From NCBI GenBank assembly GCA_051942205.1, contig JAVECO010000036.1:124001-147650 (forward strand): a stretch of DNA of 23,650 bases, written 5' to 3'. Of this stretch, positions 10,201 to 20,636 are shown piece by piece; position 1 is the stretch's first letter; each line of letters opens with the position of its first letter. The notes beneath the pieces are model-generated. The model ran no database searches. It had not been told where the DNA came from and saw only the letters and a program-made list of their open reading frames with translations. The translations under genes and the position numbers were made by a program. This DNA is from Coniocarpon cinnabarinum (lineage: Eukaryota).

Positions 10201-13160
10201 CTCACAAGCCTAAACGTTTCATCTTGGCAGCGATGCAAGCTCTTATTTAAAGTGTCAACCAGCATTTGGATCCTCATTGATCGGCTAGATAAGCTTCATA
10301 CAATACAAGCGAAGACGCCAGGGGCTCATAATGCAAATGGGGAGGTCAATTACCAAGTCCCGCGTTGAGCAATTAGTATCTTGTTTCATACAGCTCTCCT
10401 AAGCGGTACTGGCGATCATCATCATAATCTTGCTTTCAATCATTTCAATGCGTAATCGCTGTTGTCAACGGCATCACTCATTACCACAATCTCTTCCCCT
10501 TCTGGCATTCAAACGTGGAAAGCAATCTTAAGGAGCTTCATTCTTGCATACTGTCAGACGCTCTCGATAGTGCCTTTATAGTTCAACGTGTCCTACAAGC
10601 TCAAACGCTCGTACCCCTCCCAATTGCCAACTCTACCGCGAATATTTGAGACCTGTACCGTCATTTGCATGAGAAAAATGGCTGGACCCAGAGGGGCAGC
10701 AACTAGCCCAGTCAATTTTGGTTGAAGCAGATGAGGAGGTAGATCTTGTTCTAGAAAATCCTTTGGAAGGCTGACGATCGTCATCCTCTTGCTCGGTCGG
10801 GTCCTTGGTGACGCGCCCCTTATTGGCAAGTGCAGATTCTATCAACCTCAAGTTTCTTCGCCCCTCCATCAAGCGCATCTCTTCCACGTTCAAAAATCGA
10901 TTTCTTGCATGTCAGAGCAATGCGAGTGCCACCAGACAGTTGATAAGCACACAAACTTTCCACAAGCAGGCACTCGACGCTCTCAATCTTTCCCCTTGCC
11001 GGTGCCTTTCATTTTGCTCTAAGACAATGCTCAACTTTCGATTAAGGAGACTTGAGCTCCACAGACTCGCTGCATCAACTGCACAAATAGAAACAAGGCT
11101 TCGAGGGGTTCACGATCAGATCAAAAGGTCAAGTCTACATCTCACAACAAGTCATTAATATTCCGTCTTCTTAGATCTTGTTCAGGATAGTGATGATCTC
11201 CATCATGTCCGTCGCTCTTTCACTTAAGTAGCGCTGCTATTGCCGGAATGGCCATCAGTCTCTTGAAGCTCAATGCCCCTCGTAGCCTGATCCACCCATA
11301 ACATCTTTGAAATCGCCATGCTTGCATATCACCAGCAATAGAAATACGACCCAATATCTTATACTTCAATAGTCTTTTACATCCTAAAATGTTGGGATCC
11401 TTGCTGAAGACTGACTCCGTTACCTTTCCTCGACTTATGTTGATGCGCTATTTTAGAGCTCAACTCGCAGACAACAAGATTTGAGCTTTACAGTCTCGTC
11501 TGCATCGTCAGCACCAGTTACTTTGAAGCCGCAAAGGGGTTCAGTTTGACACAAGTCAATTCGAATCTTACATTGAGCGGTTGGTATCTTGCTTTCTTCA
11601 GATCTTGCTCGGGATGCTGATGACCACCATTACCATCATCCTTTGTCCTCTGCTCATTCACATAACCGCTGAGGCATCACTATCTTTCCCAAGTCCCGCG
11701 ACGTCGTCTTCCAACTCAGCGCCCCTATGTGTCGAACATGAAGCAGACTCGCACAAACCTCCATTCTTGCATATCTCAATATGTCTCATCCATGCTCCTT
11801 TAGCTCAACAGTCTCTCACAAGCGTAAACATAGATTTCTCGTTGATCAGTGCATTCAATGCTTCTTCTCTGAAACCTTTGAACGCTTGATCTGTACTCAA
11901 GCCAGAAATGCAACTCTTCGAGAAGCCGAAAGCATTAGAGGGGCAGACTCAATCCCGTCCGATCCCACATCCAGCTCAAGCACTCCATGTGTTATCTTAT
12001 CGCCCTCTTCTGATGGCGACGATCATCATACTCATCTTCATCTAGGGAAACATGCAACGCCCTCATCCTCAAGCAAACTGCACTTGCTTTCCAAAGAGCG
12101 CCTTCCCCAGGGATGATAATTTCCATATTTGTCTGTGTACATAACCTGGATGTTTAATCGTTTGAATCATCATTCATGAACTCAAAAACTATTTGGGCGC
12201 GTCATTTTCTCATTTTGTTTAACATTGATGTAGCAGTTGTCTTGTAATCGATGACGTAGGCACCTTTTTGGTTACCCTTTACTATTTCTCCTGCACCTCA
12301 CAGTTCTGAGTCGCGCAAAAATTCGAATACAAAAGATAGAACCTTCGTAATCATCAAGAGCCTGAATTTCGAAATAACGCTAAGAGGGGGTCAGCTCGAT
12401 ACTGAAGCCACTTAAGTATCCCACACCAGTAGCCATCTTCTTTGACACACCTTCTTTCCTGACGAAGATCATCAGCAACCTCGGCCAGAACAACTTATTT
12501 TCTTCATGGAATGAAGATACGTTTTTCTTGCTTCGCCTCTCCCCTCTGCAACCTCGTCCTCCCTTCACACATCTGCTACTTTTCGGGTTATGATCACGTA
12601 GTTTGGACACTTTGGATGGTATGTTATCAGTTCTTGAACGTTTCATGAATGCGTTACGTCATCTTCGTGTCTTGATATCTTGACCTCTTGGCTAAGAGCA
12701 GTCAAGAGTAGTCCAAAACACGCTGTTCAGCAAATGCAGTCATGGACATGTATAAGCGAGCTCTTCCAGAGGCTTACACGCCTGTCAGCTCTTCACAAGC
12801 TTCAATGTGCGATCCGCTTCTCGCCAGCCTTCCGCTCTCTCACCCTTCCCATGGTCATTCTTCCTCCTGTTATTTAACGCTCAACCCACAACCAAGCAAG
12901 AACACAACTTCACCATAACTACAATCAAAACTTTAACGAGACCATGAGATTCGAGGGGATGTCCCGACATTCGACTGACTTTGGCGAGCCTACTTGCAGA
13001 GTCCTCGTCTTTTGATTTACGTCCTCTTCGTGCATTTCCTCCATAATGAGGATCATCATCATCATCATCATCATTTTGACCCAACAAATGCCAGCACTAC
13101 ATTACTATTTCACTGTTCAAGGTCTTGACAATGCTCGGACTGAAGCCCCTAATGTCACAT
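7300..13160 (+). repeat. Highly diverged tandem array of ~370-570-bp units (at least 11, possibly ~14); probable pseudogenised repeat-domain gene
   Basis: A recurring AGGG(G) anchor at 7369, 7807, 9478, 9933, 10320, 10692, 11104, 11535, 11939, 12385 and 12954 is followed each time, 76-97 nt later, by a GAY-CAY-type (D/E-D-H) motif. A YTTGCAT motif recurs near 10542, 10903, 11321 and 11765. Direct similarity example: 10345-10420 GTCAAT..TTGAGCAATTAGTATCTTGTTTCATACAG vs 11555-11630 GTCAAT..TTGAGCGGTTGGTATCTTGCTTTCTTCAG. Boundaries are approximate. Confidence 0.7.
13052..13074 (+). repeat. (ATC)7 microsatellite
   Basis: ATCATCATCATCATCATCATCAT; coincides with the D-H-H anchor of the last array unit. 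Confidence 0.9.
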
Positions 13161-13489
13161 TTCCTCTGCTAATGCTTTTTCCAAACCCTTTATCTCCAAA
13201 ACTGTCCAAAATCTTTATCTCCAATGTCTCAAAGAATCTCTTAGATACAGTCATCTCATAATCTGGTTTTTAATACTCACACATTACGTTTCAGACTAGG
13301 CCCTGCTTACTGATTCCTGCTTATCGCATCCTGCTACTCATCCTGCTCACTAGTTTCTGCTGCTTAGCTATCTCATCCTACTTATCTACCTATTCATTTC
13401 ATCGTAAGTCTTGCTCATCCCATCATACATCTTGATTCTTCTGACGTATGTGCACAATCTCGCAATGGCAATGCCACTTGGATGACTCA

Positions 13490-13960
13490 AGCAGAAGGAG
13501 AAGACGAGGAGGGGAAGAAGAAGTAGACGCAGAGGAAGGAGCAGCAGAGGAAAAAAGGAAGAGCAGCAGTAGCATAAGTGAAGAAGAAGATCAGGAGCAT
13601 AAGCGAAGAAGAAGATCAGGAGCAGCAGCATCAGCATAAGTGGCAGCAGGAGCAGGAGTAATAGCAGAAGCAAAAGTAACAGCAAGAGCATAAGTAGCAG
13701 CAAAAGCATAAGTAACAGCAAAAGTAACAGCATAAGTAGCAGCAAGAGCAAGAGCATAAGTAGCAGTAAAAGTATAAGTGGCAGCAAGAGCATAAGTAGC
13801 AGCAAGAGCATAAGTAGCAGTAACAGCAGGAGTAACAGCAGGGGAGCAAGAGGAGCAAGAGTAACAGCGGGAGTAACAGCGGGAGTAACAGCAAAAGGAG
13901 CAGCGGGAGTCACAGCAGAAGTAGCAGCAGGGGCAGGACCCAGATCAGAAGTAACAACAG
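13490..13960 (+). repeat. Purine-rich low-complexity tandem repeat (AGC/CAG-based; 18-bp unit AGCATAAGTAGCAGCAAG, 12-bp unit GAGTAACAGCRG, 25-bp doublet at 13571-13620)
   Basis: Directly visible repeats. They produce the poly-Leu and Cys/Tyr/Leu shadow ORFs on the minus strand. Confidence 0.92.
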
Positions 13961-14005
13961 GGGCAAAACCGGGAGCGATAGGTTAAGGCGAAGAAGAAGA
14001 AGAGA

Positions 14006-14047
14006 GGACCTCCCATGAAGGACCTTCCGTGAAAGACCTTCCGTGAA
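14006..14047 (+). repeat. 3 x 14-bp tandem repeat
   Basis: GGACCTCCCATGAA / GGACCTTCCGTGAA / AGACCTTCCGTGAA. Confidence 0.9.
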
Positions 14048-14188
14048 CGCCATGGCATATAGTGATGGCATAGAAGCGATAGTATAGACTGCAATAGCGA
14101 GCAGCACCATCTCAGACTCAGCGCTCTCACGCACGCTTGATTTAATCTGCTATATCGTCATTTGACTTGCCATACTTCATTCTGCTCA

Positions 14189-14275
14189 CCACAGTCTTCG
14201 TCCAACTTACCACGGTCTCCATCCAACTTACCCTAGTCTCCATCCAACTTACCACAGTCTCCATTCAACTTACCA
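14189..14275 (+). repeat. 4 x 21-bp minisatellite
   Basis: CCACAGTCTTCGTCCAACTTA / CCACGGTCTCCATCCAACTTA / CCCTAGTCTCCATCCAACTTA / CCACAGTCTCCATTCAACTTA + CCA. Confidence 0.93.
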
Positions 14276-14812
14276 TCATCAAGTCGCCACTGCGCCGCTG
14301 GTATGACTCGTAAGCTTGCATCAAACCGAATAAGCTGCACAGACCGTACAGCCGATATCACGGAGCAGAAGAAGCATGGTTACAGAAGTACATTCATTTT
14401 CAAGGAACGGTCTATGTTACAGGCAGAATCGATCGACAGACAAGTCTATTACCACCGCAATCTCACCACCGCAGTCTCTCCTCTTTTTTTAGTATTTTCT
14501 TGCACCATTACCACTTCACTACTGTTTCCGCTTGCTAGCTCACTCTCCTTGCTCCCTTCGTTGTAGGCTCTAGAAAGCAACACAGCCCACATTGCTTTCG
14601 CTTGCTGGTTTGCCCTCACCACCCCAGGCTCCAGCAAGCAACATGGCCAAAAGGCGCGCTGGATGTCTGAATGTCAGAGCCACAAAAGGAAGATCCAAGC
14701 TGGAACATCCAAAGGGTGACTCGTCCAAACATCAAACATGTGCCTCCTTCATGGGTCTTTCGTGTGTGTCTCTTTCATATGTTCCTTTCGCGTGTCTGAT
14801 TTCGACGTGCAG

Positions 14813-17800
14813 CTATCCAACGAGCATCTCTTCCATCTCCCTCTTCTTGACCCCATCCATGACAATGAGTCCCTTGTTTTGAAGAACGCCCTCGATCCTG
14901 CCCACGACCATGCGAAACGAGCTAGCCGCGCCTTTACGCTGGATGAAGCGTGCGACAGAGAGGCGATTTCGTTTGCCGTTCTCAAGGACAACGAAGAGCT
15001 GAACGACAAAGGCGACTTCTTTCATGCGAAGATCTGAGATATGTCAGTATGATTCTCTAAACAAGAAGAGAGAGGAGTGCTCACAGTTATCGGCCGCCAC
15101 ACGGGCAAAAATGAGGTTGCTCTCACGGCTCCAGTCAATGTCGGTAATGCCGTAGGTATGCCAGCTGGTCAAAAGACGCACGAGCTCTGTGCGGATCTTT
15201 CCACGGCCGACTTGGAAGCACATAGCCTGAGAAGCAGGCTTGATGTTGAAAAAGCGCTCAAGCCAGTTGCGTTGAATGCCGAGGCTGCGATGCTCCTCGC
15301 TCACCCCATGAGAAGCAATGCGGCTACGCGTGGCTTGCGCGTGTTTGTAGAAGCCACGATACTTGCGCTTCTCGTCAGAGTTGTTAGAGTGGGTGGACAA
15401 ACCCGTCTGGCTGTTATTGGAGTCGTTGTCCGGTGAACGAGAGTCTGCATCAGGAACGATCCTGCGCCGGTCGCGTGATGTACCTGTAAAGCCGGTCTTG
15501 TCCTTCGAGACCTTTGGCGATTTCTTGCGTGAAAAGAGCGACAAGAACCCGGGACGCTTGCTGGGTACGGTTAACGCCGCTGGAGGCGCCACGGGGATGC
15601 TTGCATCGCGCGTACGGAGGTCAGTCTCTGCCGACGCCTGACGAGAAGGTCTGCGAGATGGATCAAAACGCTGTGCGGACAATTCACGCGCCGCAGCACG
15701 CTCGGAAGGCGACTCTCGCTTCCAGCTGCCGAACCATGGATTGCGACGGCCCGTTGGCCCAGATGCTTGTCCTGCCGCTCCAGTTGGTGCCGATCCATCC
15801 TCGTTAATAGAATCAAGCGCGGCTGCCGGAGGCACTGGAGGCATGCGGCGATTGGAATACTGCGGCTGAGGCTCGACCCTGCCATAATATCGCAGGGACG
15901 CCGAGTTCGAATACGCAGGCACTTGATACGGACCTGGAGCGGTGGGGGCGCTCGTCTTGCGGATTTTCAATGGTGCCCACGTCAGTGGAGATGATGGTTC
16001 AATCACGCGGATCGTGCTCGCGGGATCGCCTGCTTGTGTTCTTTCCAGACTTGGCTTCGCCCTCAAAGCCTTGGTGGCGCTTGTGTTTGACTGTCCAGAA
16101 GAGCGGTGTGTTGAGCCAGCGTCATCCGTCAATGCTTTCTCTTCTTCCGTGATCATCGGCAAAGGACCGCTCCCTGCTTGAGGTGCCGAGGTGACGCGCC
16201 GCGAGTCTGCCTGCAGAGCCTGAGGCTCCATTGACAGCAGACTATCCAGCGCTGATAGCACTTCGTCATAGGCGGGATTCTGACGGGCGTTTACGTCTTT
16301 GGCACAGCGCTCGATAATGTTGCGACGGGTTGCAGAGAGCTGATTCACCCAGTAAGTGTTGGGCGTCTCTTTCAAAATGTCTTTCTGCTGCCACGAAGCA
16401 CGCTCGGGCGTCGACACAGCCTGCGAGGAACTGGCAGAGCCACGGTTCGAAATAGAAGAAGGTGGTGTGTCCATGGCACTTGATGGGTGAGTGACGCCAG
16501 ACGTCGTGGCATAAGAGGAGCCAGTCGAGTCGCGATTGAAAACCTGGTCACAGTATTTCTCCAACTCAACGCTGTACTTGCGCGCTTCAGTATTGATGAC
16601 TTGGCTGTGCGTCTTTGACTTGCGCAACTTGGCCTTCTCGAGCTTACCGAGAAGGTTTTGCGCGTCCGGTGGTGACGGCGAAACCGAGGGTGTCTCACTC
16701 GGACGAGGGGTGGACATTCTAGCTCTATCTGAATGATCTGTGGTCCGCGAAACACCGCTGTTTCTTGTACTGACGGACGCTGCTCCTTGTCGCGAAGGGC
16801 TGCTCGGGTTAGACATAGCGCTGACCGTGGAGCTACGGCGAACGTGCGAGAAATCCACGCCGCGACGATTAGCACTAGCTGGTCGAACAATGACCGACCC
16901 AACGGGGCTGCTGGGATAAACAGAAGTGACAATAGAGCTACGAGACATGGATCTTCTCGCGGCAGGCTTTGGGGATGGTGAAGTTCGCTGAGAACGAGCG
17001 CTATTAGAGCCGGTCGACCTTCGCTTCTGCTCTTTGCGTAAAGTGTCCACGCGCAACGAATTCGTCTTAACGCTGAGAGATGAACTCGGCTGACGCTTGT
17101 AGACCGAGTGACCGCGATGTACTGTAACAGAATAATTCTCCTTCTCGCTAGTAAGAGGATGTTTCGATGATCTGTAAGGATCGTAACTGCGTTGTGACGG
17201 GCTCGTCGAAGCCTTGCGAGACGCAGCTGCTGGTCTGGTATGATAGGCTGCTTCATCGTGCAAGATGGAAAGTGATGATTTTGTTCGCTCGTACGCTTTG
17301 GCTGGCAAGGGTGGGAGGGCCGTAGGATCGAGGTTGGGTTTGGTATGGTGATAGTCGCTTGCAGATGTGGACAGTGTATCTAGACCTCCGACATAATTCT
17401 CAAGCGCTTCTTCGCGCTGTTTGTACAAAGCCGCATAAAAGTACTTCTCGAGATTGTTCCTATTCAAAATCAGTTAACCATGTGAGTGATAGAATTGTGT
17501 AATCAGCTACTCACTCGCTACTTGTCAGTCTCCTCTTTAAGACCTCCTCGCTCTCGCTATGCCAGAGGACTCTGAGATTTCGAAAGAGCTCTGGCTCAAT
17601 ATCCCGCTCGGATTTGATGCTCCATACAGCTATCGGCGGTCCAGCACCAAGCCAATTGTACAGATCACGGTCGTGTGCAGACTCGTGCCAGTCATCTCTC
17701 CACATATTCATAAAGGGATGATTCCAAATACTCTGCAGACTAATGCGATGTCGAGGATTTGGGACGAGCATCTTGCTGATGAGATCTTGAGCTTGTGGTG

Positions 17801-18926
17801 AGAGCCAGTCTTGAGGAGCGTACCTCCCTGATTTGATCTGCCGATACCAGTACATTTGTGAGTCCTCGCCCGGAACATCCGTGAATGGAAGCATGCCCGT
17901 CAGCATCACATAGAATATGACTCCAAGGCTCCAAACGTCTGCCTTAGCGCCATCGTATCGTTTCTCGAAGACTTCAGGTGCTGCGTAGTGAATGCTGCCA
18001 CATGACGTCGTCAGCATCTTGCCCTTTGGCTGCAACGCAGCCATCCCAAAATCGGCGAGCTTGATTTGTGGGATAGATGCTCCACTCTCCTCATCGTCAA
18101 AAAGCTCGACCAAGATGTTCTCGGGCTTGAGATCACGGTGGTAGATCCCGAGGCGATGAGCGTTGAGGAGTGCAACGACAATTTGGCGGAAGATCCAGAA
18201 AGTTTCGTCCTCCTCGAGGTGCTTGTGCTCCGAAATGTAGTCAAAAAGCTCGCCGTCGTTCACCAATTCCATGATGAGGTATAATTCGCCACGGTTCTCC
18301 CAGATGTCGAATAATCTAACAATGTTGTCGTGGCATAGCAATCTCATGATGACGACCTCGCGTTCGATGCCCAAAGGTAAAGCAAGACCCTCTTGCGGCT
18401 TGCCAGCAGTGCTTGCAGCGAGGTTCATGAGAGACTCAGCTCGCATCGCTTCGGCTTGCTTGGCAGGTATGATCTTCGCAGCCGCCAACTGGCCTGTCTG
18501 GTAGTGCTTCACCTTACGAACTTTCCCGACCATGCCACGGCCAATGTCGCTGCCGAGGATCCATGGTCCCACCCGGTCTTTCTTAAAAGGCGACCAGTTG
18601 GAGCCCTGTGACGACGCGGAGACCTGAGAAACCCGCTTCTCCTCATCATCCTCGGCGTTTGAGGGACCAGAGCCGCGTTGGCGAGACGTGGAGCTTCCAT
18701 TTGAGTATCGGGGATTGCGAACCGAAAGACTGCCGTTGGGAAACATTGATTCATGATGAGGTAGAGAACTGGACGTAGTGATAGACGACGGAGAATGAGT
18801 TGAGCGCAGAGATTTGTGAGTGCGTGGTGGAGTCACGGCCATTCCAACGTTGGCCTGCCCACTGCCATCACTCAGTGGCTCTCGTGCCCGTGAGCCACTC
18901 CTAGACTTCGCTCCTGGCCGATCCAT
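14813..18926 (-). CDS. gin4: Nim1-family (Gin4/Hsl1/Cdr2-like) septin-associated Ser/Thr kinase, CAMKL group, ~1335 aa; exons 17515-18926, 15085-17459, 14813-15033
   Basis: Kinase motifs IGRGMVGKV, AAAKII, LPLGIEREVVIMRLL, DIWENRGELYL, HRDLKPEN, ADFGMAALQP, TSCGSIHYAAPE and DVWSLGV, followed by a long Ser/Arg-rich linker and a C-terminal fungal KA1-like region (RNWLERFFNIKPA..KIRTELVRLL..W..YGI..RFIQRKGAASSF). Introns 17460-17514 (GTGAGT..TAG, 55 nt) and 15034-15084 (GTGAGC..CTGAC..CAG, 51 nt) keep frame (1412+2375+221 = 4008 nt). First in-frame ATG is 18926 (MDRPG..REPLSD, D-box-like); the ORF-track start at 19115 is a TTG. Gin4 vs Hsl1 orthology is not resolvable by eye. Confidence 0.92.
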
Positions 18927-20636
18927 GAGGCGCCAGTGCTTGACATGCGAGAGCTCGATGGTTTGTACGGAGGGTTGGGCGAGGGGAGACCGTGACGCGT
19001 CAAGGTGAGGAGGTTCGCCGACGCGTTGTTGCCCGCGCACGGCCCCAGCTGGAAGGTGGTGAGCGCGCCTCACGCGGTCATAGTGATTCTCAAATTCCGA
19101 AATGTACTGTTCCAAGTAATGATTGGAGCCCTAAGCCGTCGCAAAGGCGATGAAGCTGTGGCAAAGTGGGTGATGTAAACAAAGGTCCAGAGGGGTCGCC
19201 GTTCCTAATCCAAACGCCAACAAGTATATCGTATGCCAGGCTAAAGCTGAAGTCGCAGTGTCTTGATCACCACCCAATTCGAGCACAAATCGAGAAACGA
19301 TGATCAAGCACAGCAGGAAGCGTGTAAGGGAGGAGCCGACGGATCAAGGAAGGAGTGGCAGGAGAGCCCAAAAAGCCCAATGCAAACATCAAACCCTACG
19401 CAACACCATTGGCGACAACCCAACTGCTATATGCGAACTCGACGAAAAGCGACACCAATGAGCGAACTAGCTATGCAATCACGAATACCGAGTGAAGAAA
19501 TGACAAGGTCAAGGTCGAGGCATGGGAAGGAGCAGCTTTGTTGGAAGTCTTGGCAACCTTGAGGAATGCCCGTCATCGTGCACGGCAACCGCATCAACGT
19601 CTCTCTTTGCTATTACATAAGTTTACGCTCCAGAGGTTGTGTCTGTCTTGTCTCTTCAAACTTTCTGTCTGGGTCATGCATGGCTGGTCTCCGACTTTCT
19701 CACTCTGCAGTCCCCCAGACTGCTCTCGCGCATTCAACTCTGCATTGTCTCCGTTGATCTAATTTTGCTACACAAAACTCTTCCGATCTTGACATGATCA
19801 ACAAATCCGAGTTGACTGTTGGGCTTGGACATAAGAGGGAGAACTGAAACACAGAAATGATAGTGCTACAAGGCCACCTTGGCACACAGAGGGTGGTGGG
19901 GCCTTTGGGGGGGGACATCAGACGAGTGCTGCCGGTAACGGAAATGTGAGATAGGCAAATGAGAGAGGCAGGGCCACAACTGTGGCTTCTTGCGAATATA
20001 ACCTGGAGGTGGATGGTGAAGACGCGTTGGCAGTCATCTCAAAAGCCAGGCTTGCTTAGGTAATCAAAGCTTGGACCATTGACCGCACCCGTGGCTATCT
20101 AACTACGTCATCTACTCAAAGCGTTTCAACACTGGATCGTTGTCTTGAAGGGATTGGAAGCACTGATAGAGTCTGTGTACACCCGCTCAAGTTACTAGAA
20201 TTCAACATCGATTCAAGATGTATAGTACTACGCGTGCGATCTTCTGCATACATTCCAATCTACTGCCGTAAAAGTACAAGGAGACGCTTGTTCTTGGAAC
20301 AATCATCTCATACTGATCAGTAATCCTCGCACGCAACAGGTCGCTCACAGACACGTAACCTGTGCACAACGCTCTATCACTTCCTCGCGTAACTCCAGCA
20401 CGCCTCTATGCCCCTTCCGTCGTGTCGTGCTCAACGGCTCATTTTCATGTCGTACGAGTAGGTATATCTTCAGGTAAGTATATGCAACCGGACGTGAAAT
20501 GAACATGTCCCGAAAGTGTGTCGTCAAGACGTGATCCCTCAGAAGCCAGGTAGGGATCGCAGGTCGTCAGTCATTATGAGAAAGGAAAAAACAGTCGCCC
20601 GACGTCAGGCAAATGTCAGAGCGCACCTCGCCACCC

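Noticed and set aside
11128..11601. Conserved ~47-nt GTCAA...YAG segments in array units as repeated introns
   Set aside because: Donor consensus is poor and splicing gives inconsistent phases between units; left unresolved.
7690..13300. Degenerate LTR or LINE retrotransposon interpretation (LPQG at ~9680, YCGDD at ~9600, LTKVL at ~7930 on minus)
   Set aside because: The motif fragments are in different frames or imperfect, no LTR pair, TSD or RT/RNase H/integrase domain order was found, and the ~400-bp periodicity explains the region better.
13386..13913. 175-aa poly-Leu ORF and Cys/Tyr-rich ORF on minus
   Set aside because: Artefacts of translating the AGC-based low-complexity repeat.
14189..14275. 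21-bp repeats as a CRISPR array
   Set aside because: Units are contiguous with no unique spacers, the context is eukaryotic, and there are no cas genes.
14738..15037. 99-aa plus-strand ORF
   Set aside because: Antisense to the kinase's last exon.
15044..17467. 807-aa ORF as a separate gene from the 534-aa kinase ORF
   Set aside because: Joined by a canonical 55-nt frame-preserving intron; both are exons of one gene.
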